Assembly (NCBI RefSeq): GCF_000281045.1
Contig: NW_008246075.1
Location: 715,344 to 779,343, forward strand
Length of the DNA stretch: 64,000 bases
Direction: 5' to 3'
DNA from: Saprolegnia diclina VS20
Lineage: Eukaryota
Shown here one piece after another: positions 10,157-21,716 of the stretch. Under the pieces are notes generated by a model. It was not told where the DNA came from, searched no databases, and saw nothing but the letters and a program-made list of their open reading frames with translations. Every line of letters begins with the position of its first letter. Positions within the stretch are counted from its first letter, which is position 1. A program made the translations under genes and the position numbers.

Positions 10157-13100
10157 CTACTCGGTCGTTGTCTCGGTCGTTGTCTCGGTCGTTGTCTCGG
10201 TCGTCGTCGCGGTCGTCGTCGCGGTCGTCGTTGGTGGTGTCTCGTCCTGAAAGTACCAGGCAAAGGCCACGTAGAGACCCGCGAGCAGCAGTGCCGTCAT
10301 GGCCGCAAGCTGCCACTGCCACACGCGACCGGCTGCGATATCGTCCACGTGTCCATACTTGTTGGTCAAGTGGAAGGGGAGCTCAAACTGCGAGCGGTCC
10401 GGCCACAGCGACGTAAAGAGGTCGTGGAGGATGCCGCTCACCGCGTGGGACGGGTACTTCATGTCGTCGTTGATGCACACAAACTTGGTCTTCCGCGCGC
10501 GCGTGTTGAGGAGCTGGTTCCACGCCGTGCGGTACTGGTCGCTGAGCATGTGGAACGTCACCTCGCTCTCCGAGACGAACCGGTGCATGACCGGCCGCCG
10601 CGCCTGGACGGTCGCAACCAGCCTCTCGCTCACATTCGTGCACGCCTTCAGGCTCTCGAGGGTCTTGTACGGCTGATGGGTTTCCGTGACGGTGACGCGC
10701 CCGGTGCGTCGCGCCTCGTCATGCACCAAGGTCGTTGCGATCGGCGGCGGCGTGAGGCAGCGCTTGACGTCGTCGACATCGGCCTCGGACGGGTGCTCTT
10801 CGGTCGTCAAAAGCGATGCGACACTGAGCACTTCGTGGTCATCGATGACGCCGTCCTTGTTGAGATCAATGTACGTGGCGAAAATCTCGTCGAGCGTCGG
10901 CGGGTGCAGTACATGGCGGTTCACCACGTAGTACATGTACGAGAAGCTAAACTGCATGTCCTTGGGGTGCCGGAAGCGGTGCGCCGACGTTGCGTTGAAC
11001 TGCAGCGGCCACTGCGCCTTCATTTCCGTGAGCAATTTCTTCTGGATAAAGTGCGGCATGTGCGACGGCACGCGGCGGCGGTCGGTCGTTGGCGTCTTGC
11101 CAAACACGCGATTGTAGAGCTTATTGACGTGCCGGAGCGAGTCGCCAAACGTGTCCATCGACCGGACCGCGTCATCATCTCTCGGCGGCAGCGGTGACGC
11201 TTCGATTGCGTCGGGCTCCACTTGCGCGAAAAAGTCGACACAGTCCTCTACGTTCGGCGTCGACAACGCCCACGCCGTCGTATTTGCCGGTACGACATTG
11301 GCGAGACCGACTTTGGCTTTGAGAAACCGAGCCGCGTCCGTCACCTAGGCAAGAGACGCGTCAGGACCACTTCACTTTTCAGAGTATTACACACCGGTGT
11401 CCACCACGAGGTCGCGGCGATCGCGTCGGCCTTGGACCGGCGGTTGGCGAGCTGCCGACACATGAGGAGCGCTTGGTCGCGAACGAACGGGTCCACAGTG
11501 GGCACCGCATCACTTGTCGCTGCCTCGTGGCTGTCCGTCATCGTCGGTTCGGTGTGCTGCGGCTCGCACGTGCCGGACAAGCGGCGCCAGATCGCGCGGG
11601 CAAGGTAGTCGACGAGCACACACTCTTCGCCCGCGTCAAGGAGACCGTTCCAAGGCTCGGTAGTCGTCGCCGGCGACTGCACAGGCGCATCACCGTATGC
11701 AAGTGCCACGTCGACGCAGTTGCTACTCGGTCGGTTCCACACACACATTTTGCCATGCACGACACCGGCAGTCGAGTCGGGCACGGCCCATGACCAGCGC
11801 ACCCGCAGCGTCTGCGCTTCCAAAACGCAGTCGACGGCGTCGGCGGCGACCACCACTGCCTCCGGTGCCGGCGCGATGACAGGACATGTCGCGTGGAAGC
11901 TCATCGTGTGCTGTGTCGCTTCGTGGGCGACCCAGTTGGACGTGAGAAGCACCTGCTCGCTCCAGTCGGGCACGGCAAAGAACGGCAGGCGCATCTCGAG
12001 GTCGATACGACCATCTTGCGACGCATGCTGCTGCAAACGCAGATCGCTCAAGTCCAAGTCATTCGCGGGCTGCGGCGTGTACCGACCCTGGCGCATGCCA
12101 TGTTGGCCACGTACGAGGTGCAGCGTCAAGTTGGCGCTGCCGTCTTCGTCGCCGAGCGGGGCGCCGCGGAGGACAATGTCGGTCGCGTTGGTCACACTGC
12201 CGCTCGAGTCGGGTCGCGCAAGTACAAGAACGAGGCTCATGTTGGCCTCGAGCAGAGTCGCGTGGCGCACCAGCGCGTCGTTCTCGAGCGTCGCAGTGTC
12301 AACAAACTCAAAGATCTCCGAGATATTGACCACGAGCACGGGCGCGGTATCGGCCACTGCGAGCGTAAGCGACGTCGCATTGGCCGGCACCGCCGTTGAC
12401 GGGAGGCGCGAGAAGAGGCCGACGCCGCAGTCGCCGCCGTCGTAGGCGCACTCTGTGACGTTGCAGCGGAGGTCGCAAACTCCGTCGCCGATCCACGAAT
12501 ACGTGCAGCCGTCGGTGCAGAGGTGCGACGCGAGCGTTGAGGCAAGAGGCGTCGATGGCGGCGTCTCGGGTGCCGGCGTCTCGGGCGTGGCCGACGCTGC
12601 ACACTCGACGTGCGGAAGCTGCAGCGGATCGTCCTACGCACACGCTTAGCGACGCAAAGAAGAGACTTGCAACGTACAGGGCGAAAGGTCTCGGTGCAGC
12701 CGCAGTCGCCCATGTCAAAGCCGCACGCCGTGACGTTGCAGGCGCTGTCGCAGACGCCGTTGCCGAGGAGGGGCTCGCCGCAGTGCTGCGCGCACTCGGG
12801 GACTTCCCACGAGAGGTAGATGTTCTGGACGCCGGACGGACTCATAAAGTCCTCGGGCGTCACGGGCGCGCCGAGGAAGACGTCGTCGTTAAAGTACAAA
12901 AAATGATCCGAGAGACCAGGAATCGTGTCGAGGTTGGCTTCAATCGCCGGCGACGAAAACACGGGCAGGTGCGACGTGTTGGCAAACATTGCGCGGTGGG
13001 GCACGACAGTGAGCCGCGGGCTCTCGAGGTTGAGCCAGCTCGGGACTTGGCCGTCGGTCACGAGGTACACGTGGCGCACCCACGGTGCGTACTTTTCGAT

Positions 13101-13562
13101 CGACCGCAGCGAGTAGCGCAGCTCTTCGTTGTCGCGGAACCGGTTCTCGGACGCAGCCGCGGATGTATCGGAAACTGCCGCCGTGTCGGTCTCGTTGAAA
13201 AAGTCGCCGTGGATCTCGGCGTTCCAGCGACGGTGCCAATACGTCTTCTCCTGCTTCCAGCGCGGGTCCGTGCCATTGACCCACGTGTAGACAACGTCAA
13301 TGGGCCCGTAGCCCATGTACGGCGCGCTCGTCGGCAAGTGGCTGTTGCCAATGTTGCCGTAGCGCTGGCTCGGGTAGTAGCCATCGTCGACGTCGTCGAC
13401 GTGGACGAGCAGCAGCCATGCCAGCGTGAGCAGAGCGAGGCTCATGGCACCGAGGGCCCATGCGACGATCGATCTCCTCGCCGGCCTCACGGGCGTAGGC
13501 GCGTCTATGGTCTCTGGCGGCGCCGTCTCCATGGGCCTGGGCTTGGCTTTGACCCGACTCAT
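10157..13562 (-). CDS. GNPTAB: GlcNAc-1-phosphotransferase alpha/beta-like Stealth protein, copy 1, spliced
   Basis: N-terminal TM, CR1 [18 protein letters not shown]2 [21 protein letters not shown], two LNR/Notch repeats, CR3 [25 protein letters not shown]-hand [14 protein letters not shown]4 [10 protein letters not shown]-terminal TM. Confidence 0.92.
10160..10232. repeat. 12-bp coding tandem repeat (TTTA/TTTE tail of GNPTAB copy 1)
   Basis: About six tcggtcgttgtc / gcggtcgtcgtc units. Confidence 0.85.
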
Positions 13563-13726
13563 GCTCGCGCCGACGATTTTCGTGTGCAGACGGCAAAAAA
13601 ACACCACTCGCCCGGCACGATTGACCTCTCACAACGCATATTCGAGTACAATCTATAAACTGTCACAGGTTTCCATGCACAAACTTGGCGCCATTTACGA
13701 CTCGCCCCATGGACGATATTCCTCAG

Positions 13727-13765
13727 ACAATATATTCATCACACAATATATTCATCACACAATAT
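13727..13765. repeat. 16-bp tandem duplication between the GNPTAB copies
   Basis: acaatatattcatcac twice, then acaatat. Confidence 0.8.
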
Positions 13766-13929
13766 GGTTTGTTGAAACGCAGTACGACGTCGGTGGACCT
13801 CAGCGTCCAGATCTGTTGTTCAAAGAGCCTGATTTGATTGTCCATAGTGTCTTAACCTTTAGGTCTGGGAGGGTTAATGTGCCATGGGACAAGTGTCTTT
13901 TGTAAGTTATGCTAGGTCTACGCTTTGCA

Positions 13930-16927
13930 TCATTTGGCAAGTCCCTTGCCGAGGCTCATCGCGCGACTCGACGACCGCCATCGCTGGTGCATGCCCATGT
14001 AGTACAAGGTGCCGGTCGATGCTAGGACGAGCAAAAGCTGGTACGGCCAGAGCGCGCTCCACTCGATGTCTTGGCTGAGCTGGCTCGTCGCCTTGAAGTG
14101 CGGCTTGGCTTCCCGCACATTTGCATGGTGGGCATCGGCCGTCAGCTCCAGTGGCGACGGTTTGCCCCAGCGCAGCTGGAAAAAGTCTTGCAGCATCTTT
14201 CGAAACTACACATGGTGCAATAAGCTCGCCATAAGAAGTGAGATCCGAACGTACTGCGGGCGTCGGGTTGTGCATGTCGTCGTTGACGCACACAAATTTC
14301 GTGTGGCGAGATCGAGCGCGGTACAGCTGACCGTACGCGCCCATGGCCTCGCCGAGCATGAGGAACGTCACTTGGTCTTCCGTCATGAGCTGGTATGTGG
14401 GCCGCGATTCGTTCACATCGTGGCTCAGCCGCCGCTCCAAGCCTGGGCAGTGCGCCGCGATATCGGCCAGTGTCAGCGACGACGAGTCATTGGCCGCGCG
14501 CCGACAGGCGTCGAGCAGTGCTCGAACCAGTGCGTGCGACGCTTCGGGCACGATCGACAGAAGATTTGGCTCTTCGAAGTCGTCGAGGCGGCCGTTCTGG
14601 TTGATGTCGAGCAGGTTTGTAAACACTTCGTGGCTCGTTCTCGGCGGGTGCAGTCGATGGCGGTTCATGACGTAGTGCATGTACGAGAAGCTAAACTGCA
14701 TGTCCTCTGGGTGCCGGAAGCGGTGTGCTGACGTCGCGTTGAACTCGGCCGGCCAGTGGGTCTTGAGCTCGGTCAGAAACCGCTTCTGGATAAAATGAGG
14801 CATGTGCGATGGCACCCGACGCGGCCGCTTCGCCTTGCCGAACGCTTCGTCGTAAAGCTTGTTGACGTGCTTGAGCGAGTCGCCAAATGCGTCCGACGAT
14901 GCATTCGCGAGCTCCGCGGCTGGGAGCGTCGCGGTCGGCTGCGAACACCCGTGGAGCCAAAACGGGTCCTCGTCCGTCGTGTTCATGATGCGGCACATCT
15001 AGTTGACTCGATTAGCTATGGACGATATCATTGCAGTCGTACCTTGTTGAGAAGTGGCTGTGTCGCGTCCCGCGTGAACGGACCGTCCACGAGGTCCGCG
15101 CCGAAACGAGTGCAGAGCGTCATCGCCTTGGCTTCCGCGCCCGCCGGGTCTTTGGCCGTGAGCTTCTTTGTGTCGGGGGTCGTACAGCGGTCGGCGAGCG
15201 TTGGGTAGGCTACATTGCACCACTCCCACCAGTTGCACTCGTGCTTGGTCTTGGGCAAGATGTACTTGGCGTCATGGACCGTTGGTGCGACGACGGTCAT
15301 ATTGCTGTACTCGATGCAGCTGCTCTTGCCGCTGTTGGTGACGCAGACGCGTGCGCTGGCCACCGCGCCGGGCTGGGCGTGCAGCAGCACTCCCGTCGTG
15401 TTGAGGGCGCAGTAGCTCGCATCACCAGCACTCACTGATGCGGCATCGACAGCCGGGCACGTCACGGCCGCACCATCGTTGATGCGGAAGGTTGTCTCGC
15501 TCGTCCAGTCGGACAACAGTGCAAACGGAATGTAGATCGTCGCCGCCAGTTGCGTCGGTTCGAACGCCGGTGAGACGCTTGCGGCAGGGAAGTCGAGCGA
15601 CGACGGCGGCAGCCCTGCAGCGTAGCCCGCGCCATCTAGCGCGATACCGTGTGGCACCAGCTGCAGTCGCACAGTCGACCCGTTGACCAATGTGACCATG
15701 ACGACAGCCGTCTCGGTGGCAGTCGCCGCAAAAAAAACAAAGAGCTGCGATTGGCGGATCGCAGTATGCTGAACAAGCGCACTGGGCGCGTCAAGATCCG
15801 CAGCAGTAACGTCACGCAAGATGAGCACAAAGCTCGAAGGGTCCACGAGCACGGCGGCGTCGGCAGTAGACGTGTCGAGGGTCGCGTGAGACAGAAGACC
15901 GAGTGCGGTCTTGTCGCAGTCCCCAGCGTCGAACGCGCACTCGGCAAAGTTGCAGTGTGCGTGGCACTGGCCGTCACCGAGCAAGTTCCAGTCGCAGCCC
16001 GGCGCACAGACATTTGCGCTCGTCGTTCGTCGCTCGGGCAGCCGGCAGCTCTCTTTCCAGTCGTTGGCGACCTAGACATGTCGAGATGAGAGATGACGAG
16101 AAATTGATAGCGAGGATTCTTCGTACCACACGCGTCTCGGCGTTGGTGCAGGTGCAGTCGCCGTGGTCGAATGCGCAGCTTGCAGTGTTGCAGGCGTGGT
16201 TGCACACACCATTGCCTAGCATCCAGTTGGCACACATGTGATTGCACGGCGGGATCTCCCACGAGAGGTAGACGTTCTGTGTCCCGTCCCGGCTCATAAA
16301 GTCTTCGGGCGTCACGGGCGCGCCGAGGAGCGTCTCGTCGTTAAAGTAGATAAAGTACTCGGAGAGCCCTGGAATGCGGTCCAAGCTCGCTTCGATCGCC
16401 GGCGATGAGAACGTCGGCAAGTGCGACGCATTCGCAAAGAGCGCGGTATGCGGCACGATGGTCACATGCGGGTTGGCCTCGTCAAGCCACGTGGGCACTT
16501 GGTCGTACGTGACGATGTAGATGTGCCGAATCCACGGCGCGTACAGATGCAGCGACCGGATCGAGTACCGGAGCTCGTCGTTGTCGCGGAAGCGGTTGTC
16601 GGCCGACGCCGTGTCCTTGGTGCGCGGGTTCGCCTTGATCGGCCGGCCGTGGAGCTCGCTGAGCCACTTGAGATGCCACTGCGCCTTGGCTTGTCGCCAC
16701 GCCGGGTCGCTGCCGTTGACCCAAGTGTAGACAGCGTCGATGGGGCCGTAGGCTGGGTCGATCGCGCCGCCGCCGATCGTGCTGTCGTCGCTCGTGGCAA
16801 AGGCGCAGAGAGCGACGAGGATACACGTTAGCGTCAAGAGGACATTGCGTAGCATCTTCATCGTCACCTCGGGCGCGTGGACCTCGCGCCTTGATTCGAA
16901 ATGTTGCCTTTTCGAGTGCAAACTCAT
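13930..16927 (-). CDS. GNPTAB: GlcNAc-1-phosphotransferase alpha/beta-like Stealth protein, copy 2, spliced
   Basis: Same domain order as copy 1: PIDAVYTWVNGSDPAW, RFRDNDELRYSIRS, two LNR repeats, [25 protein letters not shown]-hand DINQNGRLDDFE, KFVCVNDDM, C-terminal TM. Confidence 0.9.
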
Positions 16928-17355
16928 TTTGGCGACTGTTACATTGTCTCAGTCCGAAGCAATTTCGTATTTTAATAATTAAATTAATCGGCAAAGGGCC
17001 GACCACCGCTTCGAAAAGAACCGAGGAACTGGCAAAGGACAAATATATCTTATAAGTCCGCCCTCTCAGACCCAGTCCTCCTTGAAGACGATGGGCACGA
17101 CGACGACTTGTACGCGCTTTGGATCGCACCGATAGGACTGTACTCTGCAGTGTCCAATCTTCGAGGGTTGAACTCTGGGTACGGGCAGTGGGTAGTGGAG
17201 CAAAAGGCTGCATGAGTAGGTTCACCTTTCCAGTGATATACTTATAGAGCTGACGGTTGGCAACATGCGAGAGCTGTGGCTAAAAGCAGCGGTGGCCGGG
17301 CTCAGAAAAGGAAACGCCTGGAAGCAACTGCATCGCGACCTTTTGTGTGGCCGCC

Positions 17356-18248
17356 ATGAGCGAATACGACGAGTCTTTTGAAGAGCTCGATGAGCCGCTT
17401 GACTCGGAGCCGGACGAGATATTGGCATCGGAGCCAGATGAAGTGCTTGCATCAGAGCCAAACGAACGTATCACCGCCGAGCCCGACGACTATGGCGACG
17501 AAGCATCGACGTACCAAGACGACTCGTTCGTGGCCGAGAGCCAGAGTCCGCACAAGCCAACGACCGCTGCCTTTGCTGTCGGCGATGCCGTTGCTGTGTA
17601 TTGGGCTTCGGAAGAAGTGTGGTTCCACGGGCGTATCCAAGACGCCAACCACCCAACGTACTTTGTCGCGTACGAGGACGGCGACGGCCAATGGGAGGTC
17701 TGCCACGTCATGCTCCCGCCGTAACACATTGTGTAATCCAAAGCGCGCCATAGGACGTACAGACGATCCGGCGGGCAACAGCGCCGGAAGCCGCCGCGCC
17801 ACCGCCAGCGCCGACCTCGACCACGACGCCGCCAGCCTTTCTCGAGCGCCGCAATGACGTGCCGTTCCGCGTCTTGACACCGCGCGCGTACACGATTGTG
17901 GCGGAGCACTCGACGACGGAGAAGATCGCTCGTCCCTACCGTAGCGTCGCGCTGCACCCATCAAGCTCGAGCACGTACCTGACGCCACGCCGTCGCAACG
18001 AATCGCCACCGCCGCAGTGCGCCTGCCAGTGCTATCACTGGTCAACGCCGCTGGCGCACGCAGAAATCCGGATACCCAGCCCCTACAAGGAGCTCGAACC
18101 GCCGATGGTGCTTGCCGTCGCGAGTCAAGAGACGCAGACGGTGTGTCCGTGTGCGATGAGTCCGCCATCGTCGTCGTCCAAAGTCGACCAACCGTGGTCC
18201 GCACAGAAGGGCAACATCGATATCTCAGAAAATGGTCGCGCCAACTAA
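17356..18248 (+). CDS. Tudor-like domain protein with acidic N-terminal repeats, 2 exons
   Basis: FAVGDAVAVYWASEEVWFHGRIQDANHPTYFVAYEDGDGQWE fits the Tudor pattern; an intron at about 17698-17754 joins in frame to ORF 17859-18248. Confidence 0.65.
17404..17490. repeat. 24-bp coding repeat (SEPDEILA-like, 3-4 units)
   Basis: SEPDEILA SEPDEVLA SEPNERIT AEPDD. Confidence 0.7.
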
Positions 18249-18649
18249 CTTCAACGTGCGCCTCGGTCCGACGGCTCGTAAACCTTTGCCGGAGGAAGCC
18301 CGCTACCGGATCCGGTATCCGGCAAGTATCCGGCTTTCATGCGTGTTGGGCCATATCTTTGGGCAGGTAAAAAGACGCAACTTTTTCAGCATCGCAAGGC
18401 GTATACAAGATAGTGACGGACATACGTTCATTGACGTGCTCCCTTTATCAGTTTTAATGTTGTTCAAGCGGATGGTACCAATACGGAGCAACGTCCACGT
18501 CGGGGGTGGTATCGTGACTCTGACCTTGAAGCGCTTAGAGCGCGTGTTTCTAGTCAAAAAGATATCGTCGGCGTGTATCCGGATAGCGAGATAAAAAGGT
18601 GGCCAACCAACGCGTAACGTGGCGCTGGGTTTGCATTGGCGAAAGAAAC

Positions 18650-19766
18650 ATGAGCTCGCCTTCACATGCAGCGCCGGCCACCGCGGCCTCGCCCGTCGCC
18701 AAGCGGCAGCGGCAAGAAGGTGACGGCGACGTTCACACCGAGCACCACAACGACGATGGCAGTATGAAGACCTCGGATGCATCGAGCCCGAAGCGCAAGA
18801 GCCCGACCAAGGCGGCGGACGCCGCCAGCCCGAAGAAGGTACGACGCATACCATGGCTCGTCGTGCATGTGTCAATGCATCGCTCGTCTTGTAGACGGAA
18901 ACACCTGCCGCGCCGTCGTGGGGCTTTACGTCGTTCGCGAGCACCAACGGTTTTGCCGTACGAAGCGCCGCGTGACCTTCAACGTGACATGATATGGACT
19001 GGGATAGGCTGCTAAACCGGCGACGACTGGATTCGGTGCGGCCAGCGCAACGAGTGGCTTTGGCGCATTTGCGAGCAGCTCGTCCGGCTTTGGCGCCTTT
19101 GCCTCGAGCAGCGCCGCCACCGCTACCTTTGGTGACGCCAAACCGTCGGGTTTCGGCACGACGTTTGGTGCTGTGGCCAGCACTGCCGCCGACACGGACG
19201 CGACCTCGACGTGGACGGAAGCCTCCACGGGCAACGACGAATTCCTCAGCACCGAGGTAGGAGCTGTTGCACTCGAATGCGACAGAAACATGGAGCGTAC
19301 TCTATAGGCTGCCGTGGCGGAAGCGCCTGTCAAGGTGCCGGTCGTCGAGTTGCCCAAGGACTACCAGCACGTGACGGGCGAAGAGAACGAAGAAGTGTTG
19401 CTTTTGGTAGTCTCGCCCCGTCGTGTTCTCTTGATTCACCATCCGCGCGTTTAGCTTCAAGTGAAGCTCTTCAAGTTTACGGATGGCAAGTACGTCGAGT
19501 GCGGGTCGGGCCCGCTCAAGGTTCTTCGACACGTCGACGGCGACGCCAAGCGCGATCGGCTCGTCATGCGCCGTGCGACCAGCGACTTCAAGGCGGGCAC
19601 GCACCTGCTCTTGAATTCACTCCTCTCTGCCGTCGTGCACGTGACGCTCAAGCCCAAGAACCTCGTGGCGCAAATCGCGACGGACGCGACGACAATCACG
19701 TCGTTCCTCATTCGCACGGCGACCATCGAAGACGGCGACGCGCTGCTTGCGCTCTTGCAACCGTAG
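18650..19766 (+). CDS. FG-repeat, Ran-binding (RanBD1) domain protein (RanBP3/Nup50-like), spliced
   Basis: Basic N-terminus (AKRQRQ), GFG repeats, then VTGEENEEVLL|LQVKLFKFTDGKYVECGSGPLKVL..RLVMRR..LLLNS. Confidence 0.82.
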
Positions 19767-19785
19767 ATGCATGTGTCATTTCAAT

Positions 19786-20748
19786 TTAACCTCGGACGAG
19801 GGCACTCTCGGCACCATGCGCAAGCCACACCTGCTGGCCAGTATTTTCATGCCACTGCAATCGGACAGCGTCCGCGAGCGCCTTGGCGCTGTACCGGGGC
19901 GAGCAGTGCGTCAGGATGAGGGTTTCGTTTAGGAAGCGATCTTGCATCGCCGCAAGCTGCAACAGGTGCATGTGGCCCCGCTCGGCCGCGGTCGCGGGTG
20001 GGATCGCGTCACCCACGTACGTGCACTACGCATGCAGAGAGCTCGCCTCAGATGTGGCCACGATGGAGATGACGGCGTACCTCGGTGACGAGGACTTTGG
20101 CTTTGAAAAAGTCGCCGCAGTTGGCCTCGTTGCTCGAATCGAAGAAGGCCACTTGCGTATCGCCCGTGTACGCGACCATTGGCGTGAGCGTCTCAATGTC
20201 GATCGGCACCTTGGCCTTGCGCAGCGCGATGAGCTCGTCGCGCGGAAGGTCCTTGAACTCGTCGCCCAAGCGCTTTGTGATGGCGTAGGCAACATAGCCA
20301 AAGCTGGGCACGCGGTGGACCGTGGGAAAGGCCTTGACAAGAACCGTATGCGAGATGCGAAAGCTCATGCCGGCCTCGACCGCGACGATCGTCGCCGGCA
20401 GCGGACTCTACATGGTCGGGGTGAAGACGTCGGCCAACGACGAGTCATTTATACTTCTTGCATGATCTCAAAGCTCGCTAAGATCTGCTTGACATGCTCC
20501 ACGAGCGGCGCGGGCACATAGTACGTGGCCGGTGCCGCTTTCGAGAGCGACCGCTCACCGGCGTGGCCCGGTAGCGCTTTGATGTGGTCAATGTGACCAT
20601 GCGTGATGAAGACGTGCTTGCGCCCGACGGCCTTGCCAAAGACGATGCCCATGTCGAAGGCAACGTCCATGCTCTCGACGTAGCAGCACGACGCGACTCC
20701 AGCGATCGAGTGCAGACTCACCCGCGGGTTCGTCTCGAGGTGCGCCAT
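19786..20748 (-). CDS. short-form (TM-type) tRNase Z, metallo-beta-lactamase fold, spliced
   Basis: SIAGVASC, AFDMG, HVFITHGHIDH, TVHRVPSFGY, VAYTGDT, VLVTE|CTY, GHMHL, LILTHCSPRYS. Confidence 0.85.
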
Positions 20749-20879
20749 GACCGAGCAAAGTGAAATTGACCTGGAAAGCACACACTATACTATACCTGGG
20801 CAGAATGAATGCACCTGAATTGGTGTGCGGATGGACGCCTGCTACCGTTATTTGGCCGGCTTTTAAATAGTGTGTTGGC

Positions 20880-21716
20880 CTACTCCATGCGGAGCACGAT
20901 GGCTTCTGCGTTGGGCGGCTTGGCGAGCGCGAGCCGCGTCACACGCCGAGCAGAGGCCATGGTCTCGGCCACGCGCTCGAGACACTGCTTGGACGTGGTC
21001 TTGACGTCCGCGAGGATGACGATGGCGCCGGTCTTGGCCTGCACAGCGAGGTCGGCGTAGAACTGCAGAACGTTGTTCTGGCGCGCCGATGTCTCATGGC
21101 AGACGTAGCAAAAGAGGAGGATGTCCATAGTCTCGACCTCGCACACGTGGCGATTGCTGTCGGTGTTGAGGCCTTGGGTCACGTCACAGGGCCGGAAGCA
21201 GACGTCGACGGCGTCACCAAAGAGCTCGTCGAGCGTCTTGACGTATCGCTTCCACGACGTCTCGTAGTCAAAGAGCGTGCACTGGACGCGCGACGGCGCA
21301 AGGAACTCGCGCTGGATCCAAACGATGCCGGCGGCATCGGTGCCAGGGCCGCCGCCAAACGACGCAACCGACACAGTCTCCAACGACGGAGGCACCAGCG
21401 ACCGGTTTTTGGCCAGCAAGTCTTGCAGGATGGCGTACACGAGCAACCCGCGCTTGGCAAACTTGGACGAGAAGTAGTCGGCTTGGAACGCAGCGCCGGC
21501 AAACGAGACGCCGACCGTGTCGGCGCTCGTCGAGAGCTGCGACGAGCGCTCGCGGGCCTCTCGGGCCGAGTCCTTGCCGCCCTTTCCGCGCGCCTTGGCC
21601 GCCCGCTTCTGGGCATTGGTCACGAGAGCAAGCGTCGCATCGTCGAACCACTGCTTCCGGGCGGCAGTCACCGACCCTTTCCCAGTCGTCGTCGTTGCCT
21701 TGTTGGCCTTTCGCAT
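20880..21716 (-). CDS. putative class I SAM-dependent methyltransferase
   Basis: Intronless; motif I VASFGGGPGTD, acidic LFDYE, PCDVT, DILLFCYVCHE, GAIVILAD. Confidence 0.7.
   Translation of the reverse strand: MRKANKATTTTGKGSVTAARKQWFDDATLALVTNAQKRAAKARGKGGKDSAREARERSSQLSTSADTVGVSFAGAAFQADYFSSKFAKRGLLVYAILQDLLAKNRSLVPPSLETVSVASFGGGPGTDAAGIVWIQREFLAPSRVQCTLFDYETSWKRYVKTLDELFGDAVDVCFRPCDVTQGLNTDSNRHVCEVETMDILLFCYVCHETSARQNNVLQFYADLAVQAKTGAIVILADVKTTSKQCLERVAETMASARRVTRLALAKPPNAEAIVLRME

Noticed and set aside
10160..10232. Short direct repeats as a possible CRISPR-like array
   Set aside because: No spacers; it is a coding Thr-rich tandem repeat in a eukaryotic gene
11341..11396. Apparent stop/frameshift splitting GNPTAB copy 1
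   Set aside because: Explained by a GT-AG intron (gtgtgt..cctag on the minus strand)
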